Below are positions 16,377-26,021 of a stretch of DNA of 32,000 nt, in pieces. A program made the position numbers and the translations under genes. Positions within the stretch are counted from its first letter, which is position 1. Each line of letters begins with the position of its first letter. This DNA is from Okeania sp. (lineage in GTDB: Bacteria; Cyanobacteriota; Cyanobacteriia; Cyanobacteriales; Microcoleaceae), in the NCBI RefSeq assembly GCF_035285525.1, contig NZ_JAYKGW010000086.1, forward strand, positions 8,853 through 40,852, given 5' to 3'. The notes beneath the pieces are model-generated. The model did no database searches. It worked only from the letters and a program-made list of their open reading frames with translations, and was not told the DNA's origin.

Positions 16377-18167
16377 ATGTTTAATCCTCCTCCAGAAATA
16401 TTTGAAAATCCCAGAGATTCTTATCATAATCCCTGGATTTTTGGTATCTTAATTATTGTTGTTATTTTCATATTTATAATTATGTATTCTGTAGAGTCTC
16501 AATCTAAGTTTTTAACCGATCCATTTCTCCAAGCTCCGACAAAAAATTCTGTGCAAGTTGTTTGGTTTACTGAATTTCCTGGCCAACGAAATTTGGTGTT
16601 TTATGGTGAAAATTTGACTCAAGTTGTTGAGGCAAATACTACTAAACTTAGTCGCACTCGTGAAGACCAAGATTCTTTTGTGGGAAAACAAATAGAAAAG
16701 GGTTTAATTTATCAACAACCTATGATGCGAGATATCTGGCGACATGAAGCTAAAGTTATTGATTTAATTCCTAATAATTCTGTGCCATATCAAGTTATTA
16801 GCGAACAGGAAAATGGGGAAAACATTAGCAGTAAAATTTTTAGTTTAGCTCCTAAACCAACTGCTGATCAACCTTTAAAAATTCTCCTAACTTCTGACCA
16901 TCAATTAAAACCAATGACTTCTGCAAATCTGCAAAAGGTAACAGAAACTTTTGATAAATTAGATGCTGTTTTTTTTGCTGGAGATTTAGTTAATATTCCG
17001 GATCGCTCTTCAGAATGGTTTGATGATAATCGAGGAAATGCTTTTTTTCCAAATCTCCAAGGTAGGGCTAATTATGAATTAGAAAAAAATGGGGAAAAAA
17101 CTATTTATCAAGGTGGGGAATTAATTCAAAATATGCCTTTATTTCCAGCGATTGGCAACCATGAAGTTATGGGTATATTCTCGATGGAAAGTTCTTTAAA
17201 TGATCAATTTAGTCAGCCATATCCTCTGGAAGTTGTGAAAAATTTATCTTCACAAAATACTGAAAATATTAATTCTGAGACTTGGTTAAAAAATAATTCT
17301 TTTAACACAGATACTTATCAAGAGATTTTTACTTTCCCTGAAAATAATTCAGAGAAAAAAAATTATTATGCTGTGACATTTGGTGATGTTCGTTTAGTGG
17401 TTTTATACATTACAAATATCTGGCGATCGCCCAGTTTAGAGGATGATGCTAGAGGCAAATATCGGGAACGAAAAAAAGATTTTGATAATCCGGCTGAATG
17501 GGGTTATGGTCAACATATTTTTGAACCTATTATTAAAGGTAGTGAACAATATAATTGGCTAGAAAAAGAATTAGCAAGTCAAGAATTTCAAGAAGCTAAA
17601 TATAAGGTAGTTATGTTTCACCATCCGCCTCATTCTTTAGGTGAAAATGCTATTCCTGCTTATACTAATCCCATTCAATATATTGACCGAGATAAAAATG
17701 GTAAAATTACCATGATTCGTTATGAATATCCTCAACAAAATGACTATATTATTCGGGATGTTTTACCATTATTAGAAAGTGCTGGCGTGCAGTTAGTATT
17801 TTACGGACATTCTCATCTTTGGAATCGTTTTGTTAGTCCGAGTGGAATGCACTTTTTAGAAACATCAAATGTGGGTAATAGTTATGGAGCTTATATAGGA
17901 GATAAAAAGCGAACTGTGCCTTTAAATTATCAGGAAAAATATGCTGAAGTTGGTAATCCTAATGGTTTAGAACCGATAATTCCAAGTATTGCACCTTTGC
18001 GAGATGAAAATGGTAAAGCTTTACCTTATATTGCTAGTAATGATATTACAGTTTTTAGTATTTTTGAGACTGAAACAGGAACAGTTAGTAGTTATTATTT
18101 TGATACGAGAAAGCCTAATTCTGAAGTTGTAAAATTTGATGAATTTCAGCTTCAGAAAAAGGACTAA
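16377..18167 (+). CDS. membrane-anchored purple-acid-phosphatase-like metallophosphoesterase
   Basis: N-terminal TM WIFGILIIVVIFIFIIMYSV. PAP-type N-terminal domain DPFLQAPTKNSVQVVWFTE. Metallophosphoesterase motifs in order: LTSDHQ, AGDLVN, GNHE, MFHHPP, GHSHLW. The ORF-track TTG start 16317 lies inside a repeat arm. ATG 16377 is preferred. Confidence 0.8.
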   Translation: MFNPPPEIFENPRDSYHNPWIFGILIIVVIFIFIIMYSVESQSKFLTDPFLQAPTKNSVQVVWFTEFPGQRNLVFYGENLTQVVEANTTKLSRTREDQDSFVGKQIEKGLIYQQPMMRDIWRHEAKVIDLIPNNSVPYQVISEQENGENISSKIFSLAPKPTADQPLKILLTSDHQLKPMTSANLQKVTETFDKLDAVFFAGDLVNIPDRSSEWFDDNRGNAFFPNLQGRANYELEKNGEKTIYQGGELIQNMPLFPAIGNHEVMGIFSMESSLNDQFSQPYPLEVVKNLSSQNTENINSETWLKNNSFNTDTYQEIFTFPENNSEKKNYYAVTFGDVRLVVLYITNIWRSPSLEDDARGKYRERKKDFDNPAEWGYGQHIFEPIIKGSEQYNWLEKELASQEFQEAKYKVVMFHHPPHSLGENAIPAYTNPIQYIDRDKNGKITMIRYEYPQQNDYIIRDVLPLLESAGVQLVFYGHSHLWNRFVSPSGMHFLETSNVGNSYGAYIGDKKRTVPLNYQEKYAEVGNPNGLEPIIPSIAPLRDENGKALPYIASNDITVFSIFETETGTVSSYYFDTRKPNSEVVKFDEFQLQKKD

Positions 18168-18426
18168 AACAGATTCCAACAAGCGTGAAGTACATCCACA
18201 TGGACAAGATGCCCGCACTGGTAAAATTTACAGCGAATTCCAATTTAGTGAGGTACATTCACGCCAGCAGGATGGAGGGTTCCCGAAAAATCGCACTGTT
18301 AAGATTTAACTATTAATACCTGTACTTCAGAGATTTGAATTGTTGCTTATATTTAGCTGCTTTTCTCGTGACTAACCAGCTAAAATAATGATAAAATTAT
18401 CCTCTAAAATAAACAAGCTCAAAACT

Positions 18427-18657
18427 ATGTCAGTTTACCACCAAATACTCCATCAAGCTCAAAATTTAAGCTTAGATGAACAAGAGCATCTCTTAAAAGA
18501 GCTAGGTCACCTCATTGAGCAGAGGGCAAAAATTCAAAAACAAAACAATAGTTATACTTCATCACCATTAAACTGAAAGCGATGGCAAGGTTTTCCCTCT
18601 AAAGGGGTTGATGGTCTGGAATTTCAGGTAAAAATCAGACAAAAATGGCATCAATAA
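18427..18657 (+). pseudogene. type II antitoxin-like gene with an in-frame TGA
   Basis: MSVYHQILHQAQNLSLDEQEHLLKELGHLIEQRAKIQ...SPLN*KRWQGFPSKGVDGLEFQVKIRQKWHQ*. The frame continues through TGA 18574-18576 to TAA 18655-18657. The shape resembles short cyanobacterial antitoxins that precede PIN toxins (from memory). Confidence 0.45.
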
Positions 18658-18668
18658 TCAATATCTTT

Positions 18669-18713
18669 ATGGATACCAATATTATAATTTATTAGTTCAA
18701 ATGTTTGGTATAA
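18669..18713 (+). pseudogene. stub of a PIN-domain (VapC-like) toxin
   Basis: ATG GAT ACC AAT ATT ATA ATT TAT TAG reads MDTNIIIY*, the typical PIN N-terminus (xDTNxxIY), placed right after the antitoxin relic. The rest of the gene is missing. Confidence 0.3.
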
Positions 18714-18750
18714 TTATCTCCTAATAAAATATCTAATTTTAGTATCTAAT

Positions 18751-19933
18751 ATGACTATGAATTTCTATCAAATGATTGAATCAAAGGTAAGTTGTGGAGA
18801 TTTAAAAATCATTTGCATTATTTCTCCAGCTCGAGCAGGTTCAACATTTTTTATGAATGTCTTAGCTCAATCACCTTCAGTGCATGGCTTTATTAATCAA
18901 CCTTTTCATTTAACTTATTCTTTTCCATATATACCTCCCCATAATCGTGAATAAATTGCTTATCAACGGATATGGGATAAATACTTAAAAGCCAGAAAAA
19001 TACACTCTCAAAAAGTAATTACCCTGGTAATTAAGTGTATGGCACGCAATCTAGGTATTGGGCAACAAGTCATCCGACTTCTTAAATTAATAGACAAACC
19101 TATTTTATTAATTCGCAATCCTTTTTTTGAGTATTGACTCCTTATTAAAAATGCAAGTAATTTCAATTGAGGATATGCCTGAAGCAACTCAAAATGATTT
19201 AGATACTTATGCTCTTCAAAAGGGTTTTATGGATAAGACAGGAAATAGAAATTATTGGCAAGTTTTACGAAATTTTATTTTAGAGACAAAGAATTACCAA
19301 GTGATTTCAGATTTGCTTATTGAAACTTTAGCTTTTATTGAGTTAAATCAATATCAGATGAATATGGTTAATGATTATCAATATTGTTTTAATCACGATA
19401 ACGATGGCGATAAAAACAATTTTTTTGCCTTGAGTTGGACAGGATGGTATAACATGGCATTTACATATAAGCAGTATATCTCTGTAGCTTTAGACTACCT
19501 TGTGGTTGATTCAACTGTTCTCAGATGTATACCTGAAAAAGTTTGTCGTGAAGTAAGTCATGCTCTGGAAATAGAATACACATCATATATGATCGATGAT
19601 TGGCAAGTAGTTGAAGAAAATATAATAGATGATGCAGTCATAAAGACTTCATAGATGAAACATTGTTATAATGAAGTCAAAAATAGTTCAGGAGTTAGAC
19701 CTCCAAAAGAATCTCCTATTTCAATTAAACTTTTTCCAAATATTTTTCAAGATCATCTTTTAAATACAGCTTACCCAGTTTATGTTGCTTTATTTAAAGA
19801 TAGCCATGCTATTCGTCCACATAGTTATGAAGAAACCCAAAATTTGCTGAATAAAACTATTACTAAAGATGGTAAAATTATGACGCAGATTGATATAATT
19901 TTTACAGCAGTAATTTTGGATTCATTGTACTAA
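18751..19933 (+). pseudogene. sulfotransferase-like gene broken by two in-frame stops and one homopolymer frameshift
   Basis: IICIISPARAGSTFFMNVL (PAPS-loop-like) ...PHNRE*IAYQRIW...ILLIRNPFFEY*. TAA at 18952-18954. A +1 shift in the T7 run 19122-19128 restores IRNPFLSIDSLLKMQ. TAG at 19652-19654 is followed directly, in frame, by ATG 19655. The family call is tentative. Confidence 0.55.
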
Positions 19934-20345
19934 ACAATGATATCATGTCCGGTAGGATCGTTTGTGTATAATAGAAAAGGAAAAAATAATTTCCCGCAGC
20001 GATCGCTACTCTTCAAGCACTTGACAAATCATCAGTAGGCTACCAACGAAAACAAGTGAGACCTGTTTGGGAGCGATCGCTGTTTCATTAAGTTGATACA
20101 TTGCTCAAAAACTATATCTTCCATCTGGGACAAATTTTCAAAGTCAGTTGATTAAGACTGTAATTTATCGGAATAAGTATTCATTGCAAATTAATGGGAA
20201 TCATATCATTATTAATGAACCAGGTGTATTAGTTAATCATTCTAATGTCTAATTTTCTAGATAACTATCTAATGTTCTAATTCTCCATTGATAATTATCC
20301 ATTGTAAATTAAATAAAGTAAGGTTTTAACCATAAGTAATATTAA

Positions 20346-21422
20346 TTATTCGTTATTAATTATCCCTCCTCCTAATAAAATATCTCCCTCATACCAAACC
20401 GCAGCTTGACCAGGAGTTATGCCAAAAACTGCTTCTTCAAACATTAATTTAACTCGAAAACCTTCTTCTGATTTCTCTTCATTAATTCCCAAAGGAATAA
20501 TATCTGCAACAACAGGTAAACTACGATATCTGACTTGCACTTTTGCCCGGATTGTGGTAGAGGGTGCAGCAATAGAAACCCAGTTAACCAACTTCACAGT
20601 ACACTCCATTTTGGCCGCACTGTGGCGATCGCCCACTACTACGCGATTCATCACTGGGTCTAAATCAATCACATATAAAGGATGAGGGGCAGAAACTCCT
20701 AAACCTTTTCTTTGGCCAATTGTATAATGATGGACACCATCATGTTTTCCTAAGACTTTCCCTTCTTGGTCAACTATGTCACCTTGATGGGGAGTAATAT
20801 ATTTATCTAAAAATTCCCGCATCGAACCGCTCGCTTCTACCAGACATAAATCCTGACTTTCTGGTTTATCAGAAGTTTTCAAACCATATTCTGTGGCAAT
20901 GCGTCGGGTTTCGCTCTTCACCATTTCCCCTAGTGGAAATACGGAACCCGCTAGTAAGTCTTGTGTTAAATCATACAAGAAATAAGATTGGTCTTTGTTT
21001 CGGTCAACGGCACGTTTTAATAGATAGCGATCGCTTGCTGAATCATAATCAATTTTTGCATAATGCCCGGTGGCAATTTTGTCAATACCTAATTTTTCCC
21101 GACCATAAGCTAGCATCGGACCAAATTTAACAGTTTTATTGCATTGAGAACAAGGCAGTGGAGTGATTCCGGCGCTATAACCTGCGACTAAATAATCCAC
21201 AATATTTGTCTGAAATAGTTCGCGAGTATCAACAATATGATGGGGAATACCTAATTGTTCACAAATATGGGCAGCATCAACCATACCATCGGAACAGCAT
21301 TGACCTTTTCCTTTCATTAACCACAAAGTTAAGCCCTCGACTTGATATCCTTGATGATGTAATATTGCTGCTGCTGTGGAACTATCTACTCCACCAGAAA
21401 GACCGACTATAATTTTATTCAT
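20346..21422 (-). CDS. mnmA: tRNA 2-thiouridine(34) synthase
   Basis: PP-loop [12 protein letters not shown], catalytic-Cys regions (CCSDGM, PCSQCN), and KDQSYFL across the full 358 aa. Confidence 0.92.
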   Translation of the reverse strand: MNKIIVGLSGGVDSSTAAAILHHQGYQVEGLTLWLMKGKGQCCSDGMVDAAHICEQLGIPHHIVDTRELFQTNIVDYLVAGYSAGITPLPCSQCNKTVKFGPMLAYGREKLGIDKIATGHYAKIDYDSASDRYLLKRAVDRNKDQSYFLYDLTQDLLAGSVFPLGEMVKSETRRIATEYGLKTSDKPESQDLCLVEASGSMREFLDKYITPHQGDIVDQEGKVLGKHDGVHHYTIGQRKGLGVSAPHPLYVIDLDPVMNRVVVGDRHSAAKMECTVKLVNWVSIAAPSTTIRAKVQVRYRSLPVVADIIPLGINEEKSEEGFRVKLMFEEAVFGITPGQAAVWYEGDILLGGGIINNE

Positions 21423-21498
21423 TGGATTTAAGATTATAAAGTCAAAACTATATTTATTTATCTTAATTATAGATTTTTTTTCTATATTTAAAATTTAA

Positions 21499-21526
21499 GG
21501 GAGTAGGGAGTAGGGAGTAGGGAGTA
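21499..21526. repeat. heptamer tandem repeat (GGGAGTA)x4
   Basis: Direct reading. STRR-like heptamer array in the mnmA upstream intergenic region. Confidence 0.9.
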
Positions 21527-21925
21527 GTTAAGAGTTAGGAAGAATAGTAGTTATATAGGAGGCAGAATTCAGCAATAAAGCCATGAACAATTAATAATTA
21601 ATAATTACTCTTTCTTGAAAGAAGGGGATTGACTAATTATGAAAATTTTTGATTTATCCCCTTTAAAGGGGAGGCTTCCAAACGTTAATTGTTGAATAAA
21701 TAATTATTGACTATCAACTATTAATTATTCGGTAAAAATGGTCTCTTGATTTTTTGGTTTTAGTGAGCCTTTTATGCTAAATTAAAGAACCTTTTTGACC
21801 TAAAATATTAATCTTGAAAAGCTTTCATATTTAATCAACAAACCCTAAGTATTCAGCTATTAGCACTCAGCTTTTCCACAGGAAGAGCTTACCTGAAAAT
21901 TAATGATTTATTTGAGTAACTAACT

Positions 21926-22774
21926 ATGCTAAATCAACCTCATATAATATTGTGCTACGAAAAAACAAAAATGTCATTATTACCAATTATGTTCGGAGGA
22001 TTTTTAGTTTTGAGCTACCAGACATTATGCCTGGGAAAAGTCATCAAAACTAAAACTTTAACCACCCATCCAAATCAAAACCAAAACACAATTTTTATCT
22101 CCAATAACAGCACATCAAAAAATCAAACACTGATAACACAAATTCCCAGATATCCAAGACCTCTGGAAAAATTACCATCATCAATTTTAACACCTTCAAA
22201 TATACAACCAGAACCAATATTTAATCCTATCGAAACTAATCCATTTCCCTATTTACGATATGTTGTTTATGTTGAGTCAGCGAGTCCTATTTTGTTAGGA
22301 ATTATTCGGCAGCAAGTTGAACCAAGGGCAGTATTACGCTCTTTGGGAGACGAAAAAGTTATTCAAGTCGGAAGCTTTTCTCAATTGTTTTTTGCATTAG
22401 ATTTGTTAGATTTTTTAGAAGAGAAAGGTATTAATGGTAGATATAAAAGGTGGAATCCTGGAGAAGCATTTGGCGACCCTGTAACATCTACAACTTTAGC
22501 AACTACTGTATATCCTCCAGTTACTCATTCAATAGCTTATGGATTGAGCAATAAAAAACATTATTATCTACTAATTCCTAGTCGGTTAAAAGATTTAGAT
22601 TTAATTACAAATAGATTGGGATTATTGGGAGTTCCTGACCAAGGTATTCAGATGACAGAAACACCAGAAAATGTGGCTATAGGACCTTTTGAAAATCAAG
22701 AAACTGCTGAAAAATGGCAACGTTATTTGTTAGACTCAGGATTTATTAATGTTGTTATTTATAATGGTCGTTAG
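21926..22774 (+). CDS. hypothetical exported or membrane protein with two SPOR-like segments
   Basis: Hydrophobic N-terminus MSLLPIMFGGFLVLSYQTLCLG (alternative start ATG 21971). Two segments resemble SPOR repeats: IQVGSFSQLFFALDLLDFLEEKGINGRY and VAIGPFENQETAEKWQRYLLDSGFINVVIY. The domain call is tentative. Confidence 0.45.
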   Translation: MLNQPHIILCYEKTKMSLLPIMFGGFLVLSYQTLCLGKVIKTKTLTTHPNQNQNTIFISNNSTSKNQTLITQIPRYPRPLEKLPSSILTPSNIQPEPIFNPIETNPFPYLRYVVYVESASPILLGIIRQQVEPRAVLRSLGDEKVIQVGSFSQLFFALDLLDFLEEKGINGRYKRWNPGEAFGDPVTSTTLATTVYPPVTHSIAYGLSNKKHYYLLIPSRLKDLDLITNRLGLLGVPDQGIQMTETPENVAIGPFENQETAEKWQRYLLDSGFINVVIYNGR

Positions 22775-22776
22775 AA

Positions 22777-22856
22777 GGAAGAGGGAAGAGGGAAGAGGGA
22801 AGAGGGAAGAGGGAAGAGGGAAGAGGGAAGAGGGAAGAGGGAAGAGGGAAGAGGGA
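22777..22856. repeat. heptamer tandem repeat (GGAAGAG), about 11 copies
   Basis: Direct reading. It starts 3 nt after stop codon 22772-22774. Confidence 0.9.
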
Positions 22857-22931
22857 GTAAATATTAGACATTTCTAATCATCAAAAATCAAATCAATTAT
22901 TTCTATTTTATCCGATGGGAATGACACAACT

Positions 22932-22946
22932 ATAGCAATCCTAAAT
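22932..22946 (+). repeat. conserved intergenic 15-mer ATAGCAATCCTAAAT
   Basis: Same core as 16291-16305 and 28457-28471 (minus). Confidence 0.7.
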
Positions 22947-23089
22947 TAGGTTGCGGGTAATCAAAAAGTAAACAAAAAAAACCGTAACTCTTACCTTTTC
23001 GATGTTCCCGAAAAAGCAGTAAGATTTTTGCCACGAATAAAATAGGATTGGTCTAAAACAGCGCGTTACATTATTACATTATTAGGGGG

Positions 23090-23149
23090 AGGGGCGGGTT
23101 TATATAAATCTTAGAGTAACCGTGAAAATTTCTTCTAAAACCCGCCCCT
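23090..23149. repeat. 12-bp perfect inverted repeat AGGGGCGGGTTT / AAACCCGCCCCT
   Basis: Arms at 23090-23101 and 23138-23149 with a 36-nt spacer. Confidence 0.75.
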
Positions 23150-23313
23150 ACTATTCACTATTTAAGGAGTTTTAGCTACTAATCTCTACTTTTGAATACC
23201 TCTTTTATCTTGAAAAAAATGGAAAACAATGCTATACTTCCTCAATACTTAAGCTATTAATTAATAATTCAGGTTTAGTAATTTTTTTAACGATTGTATT
23301 CTTCTAGTCAAGC

Positions 23314-23553
23314 AATGAAAATATATTATGTCTAATTTCCCTAGTTCCTATTCCCTCCATACCTATTCCCTCCATACCTACTCCCTAAAAATGAAAATAT
23401 ATTATGTCTAAATTTCCCTAGTTCCTATTCCCTCCATACCTATTCCCTCCATACCTATTCCCTCCATACCTATTCCCTAAAAATGAAAATATATTATGTC
23501 TAATTTATCTAATTCCTATTCCCTATTCTCTAATTCCTATTCCCTACTCCCTA
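23314..23553. repeat. three tandem copies of the nnr start region interleaved with 15-mer repeats
   Basis: AATGAAAATATATTATGTCTAA(A)TTT begins at 23314, 23390 and 23482. Between the copies are 2-3 copies of ATTCCCTCCATACCT. Only the third ATG (23496) opens the long ORF. Confidence 0.85.
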
Positions 23554-25097
23554 AATTTATAGTTACTGCTGCACAAATGCGACAAATAGAAGAACGAATA
23601 TTTGCTGCGGGAATGCCAGTAGCTGCTTTAATGGAAAAAGTTGCTGGATTATTAACCCGAAAAATATTAGAATTATTAAATCCTAATATTAAAAAAATCG
23701 GTGTATTAGTGGGTCCTGGTCATAATGGTGGAGATGCTTTAGTCATAGCTAGAGAATTATATTTTCAAGGTTATGAAATAATAGTCTACTCCCCTATTTA
23801 TAAATTGAAAGAATTAACAAATTATCATGCTAAATATCTCCAATCTCTAGGAGTTAATTTTGTCGAAAATATTTCCTTGCTCAAAAATTGTGACTTGCTC
23901 ATAGATGGTTTATTTGGCTTTGGTTTAGACCGGGAAATTTGCGGAAATTTAGCTGAAGATATCAATCAAATTAATAGTTGGCAAAAACAGATATTCAGCA
24001 TTGACTTACCTTCTGGAATACATACAGATACAGGAGCAGTTTTAGGAACAGCTATTCGTGCTACTCATACATTTTGTTTAGGTATTTGGAAACGAGCATT
24101 TTTACAAGACCAAGCTCTAGAATATATTGGTAAGTCTGAACTAATTGACTTTAATATTCCCCTGGCAGATATTACAGCAATTTTAGGAGAATTTCCTACA
24201 ATTGAAAGAATTACAAAAACATCTGCTATGGAAAATTTACCCCTACCTTTTTCCCCAATAACCTATAAATATAAAAATGGTAATTTATTATTAATTGCAG
24301 GTTCTCGTCGTTATAGTGGAGCAGCAATTTTAACAGGATTAGCTGCTAGAGCAACAGGTGTGGGAATGTTATCTATTGCTGTACCAGAATCCATTAAACT
24401 GATACTAAATAGTCAGTTACCAGAAGCACTAATTATTGGTTGTCCGGAAACAGAAACTGGAGCGATAAAAGAATTACCAAAAGATATTGATTTGAGTAAA
24501 TTTGAAGCTATTGCCTGCGGACCTGGTTTAACTATGGAGCCTACATTGATAATAGAACAATTATTATCTGTAAATTGCCCTTTAGTTTTAGATGCTGATG
24601 CTTTAAATATTTGTGGAAATTTAGCAAACAATTCTTTAGTAAGTCAACGTCAAGTACCAATAATTATTACTCCCCATCCAGGAGAATTTAAACGTTTATT
24701 TCCTCAGCTAAAAAATCAACTTAATAATCGGATATTAGTGGCAGAAAAAGCTGCTGAAAATAGTAATTTTGTGGTAGTTTTCAAAGGAGCAAAAACAATT
24801 ATTGCTGATAGTCAAAAAATATTGATAAATCCAGAAAGCACTCCTGCATTAGCAAGGGGAGGAAGTGGAGATGTACTTACAGGATTAGTCGCTGGTTTAT
24901 TAGCTATTACTGCAACTAAAATTCCTCCATTTGAAGCTGTCAAAACAGCAGTTTGGTGGCACGCTCAAGCAGGAATATTAGCAGCAAAAGAACGCACAGA
25001 ATTAGGAGTAGATGCTTTTACCTTGACTCAATATTTAATACCAAGTATTAGAAACTGTTTAAGTATTCAGCAGTCAGCTAACAGCTCTCAGCTTTGA
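23496..25097 (+). CDS. nnr: bifunctional NAD(P)H-hydrate repair enzyme (epimerase + ADP-dependent dehydratase)
   Basis: YjeF-N region GVLVGPGHNGGDALV and C-terminal carbohydrate-kinase-like region GGSGDVLTG. 533 aa. The first ~20 codons are repeat-derived. Confidence 0.88.
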   Translation: MSNLSNSYSLFSNSYSLLPKFIVTAAQMRQIEERIFAAGMPVAALMEKVAGLLTRKILELLNPNIKKIGVLVGPGHNGGDALVIARELYFQGYEIIVYSPIYKLKELTNYHAKYLQSLGVNFVENISLLKNCDLLIDGLFGFGLDREICGNLAEDINQINSWQKQIFSIDLPSGIHTDTGAVLGTAIRATHTFCLGIWKRAFLQDQALEYIGKSELIDFNIPLADITAILGEFPTIERITKTSAMENLPLPFSPITYKYKNGNLLLIAGSRRYSGAAILTGLAARATGVGMLSIAVPESIKLILNSQLPEALIIGCPETETGAIKELPKDIDLSKFEAIACGPGLTMEPTLIIEQLLSVNCPLVLDADALNICGNLANNSLVSQRQVPIIITPHPGEFKRLFPQLKNQLNNRILVAEKAAENSNFVVVFKGAKTIIADSQKILINPESTPALARGGSGDVLTGLVAGLLAITATKIPPFEAVKTAVWWHAQAGILAAKERTELGVDAFTLTQYLIPSIRNCLSIQQSANSSQL

Positions 25098-25317
25098 GTT
25101 ATTAACTTAATTATCACACCAAAGAGGAAATTAGTTTAATAGCAAGAATTAAAAGTTATAAATGAAATTGTTGATCAGCTAATTTTAGAATTGCTTGATT
25201 CTTGACAAAAGCTTTTTGCGCAGCATTCAGCATTTCCTGCGGAATGCTTACGAACCTGCATTCCTTTAGGAGGTAAAAATCAGACTTCATAGGATATTTT
25301 GCATGACATTTATATAA

Positions 25318-25680
25318 CTAACTAAATAAATATGCAATAGATAATTGCCAATCTTTTAATAAATTTAGAACTGGCAAATTATCAGAATTATATCTAATTT
25401 CTGGTTGTTGGTTAGGTTGAAAAATCACTACATATTTATCTTCAGAATCTATTAACTAACCTAACTGAGTACCATTATTAAGACAGAAAATAATTTTATT
25501 AATTAATTGATGATAACTTTGTTCTGGCGATAGAATTTCTATTACCTAATCTGGTGCTATTTCAAATCTATTTTCGATTGTAGCATTGGGTTTTCTCAAA
25601 ATACTTTGCCATAGAAAAACTGAAATATCTAGAACTATGGAAAGTCTGCTAAAAGTACATCTTAATTCTGGCAATGCCAT
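25318..25680 (-). pseudogene. Uma2-family endonuclease remnant, 5'-truncated, with two in-frame TAG codons
   Basis: The reverse frame reads ...ENRFEIAPD*VIEILSPEQSYHQLINKIIFCLNNGTQLG*LIDSEDKYVVIFQPNQQPE...WQLSIAYLFS*. TAG at 25548-25546 and at 25458-25456, the latter where the family has Trp. Only about 120 of the expected ~190 codons remain. Confidence 0.7.
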
Positions 25681-25713
25681 AGGAGTTTATCCTACAAATC
25701 AATTCTATGGATA

Positions 25714-25800
25714 GGTTGTGGTGCGTTAGGCTTTTTAACCCTAGTACCTTTTCATGTCGCGCAACGTTTTATGTCCGCTCAAGCGCGGAAAACCCACCCT
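25714..25800. mobile_element. internal fragment of the MITE-like family (no termini)
   Basis: GGTGCGTTAGGC...TTTTCATGTCGCGCAACG...CCCACCCTAC parallels the interior of copy A (GGTGGGTTGTGCGTTGTGCGCTTTTCATGTCGCGTAGCG...AACCTACC). It sits where the Uma2 remnant loses its 5' part. Confidence 0.45.
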
Positions 25801-25884
25801 ACTAAAATACAAATCAAAAACTTATTCTTTAGTATTGCGCAATAGTAAAGTCTCAAAATTCTGCAAATACTCAAATAATACCAA

Positions 25885-25975
25885 CAGGACTTACGCAAAG
25901 GTACTATATATAGAGTTAAAAAACTATTGTGCAATAGTTTTCAGCACTATATCTAGCGTCGCTGCGTAAATCCTG
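25885..25975. mobile_element. MITE-like element, copy D, with a 5-bp target-site duplication
   Basis: Termini are CAGGACTTACGCA... and ...TGCGTAAATCCTG. It is flanked by ACCAA at 25880-25884 and again at 25976-25980. The interior carries ACTATATATAGAG and the palindrome AACTATTG-TG-CAATAGTT. Confidence 0.65.
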
Positions 25976-26021
25976 ACCAACCTACCATAATTAAAAAGAA
26001 ATGGCTTGGTTATTATTGGTG

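Noticed and set aside
18185-18285. Two ~34-nt segments both starting GTGA(A/G)GTACAT(C/T)CAC, 64 nt apart; considered as a degenerate CRISPR repeat pair or ncRNA
   Set aside because: There are only two copies, matching at about 21 of 34 positions by hand alignment. Similarity collapses after the first 15 nt. No supporting structure was found.
20419-21412. Three plus-strand ORFs (88, 65 and 68 aa) inside mnmA, and similar small antisense ORFs inside DUF561, miaB, rdgB, DUF4058, nnr and the phosphoesterase
   Set aside because: These are shadow ORFs opposite strongly supported genes, with no independent evidence.
25754-25969. 71-aa plus-strand ORF
   Set aside because: It lies entirely within MITE-family sequence (25714-25975), so it is a repeat translation.
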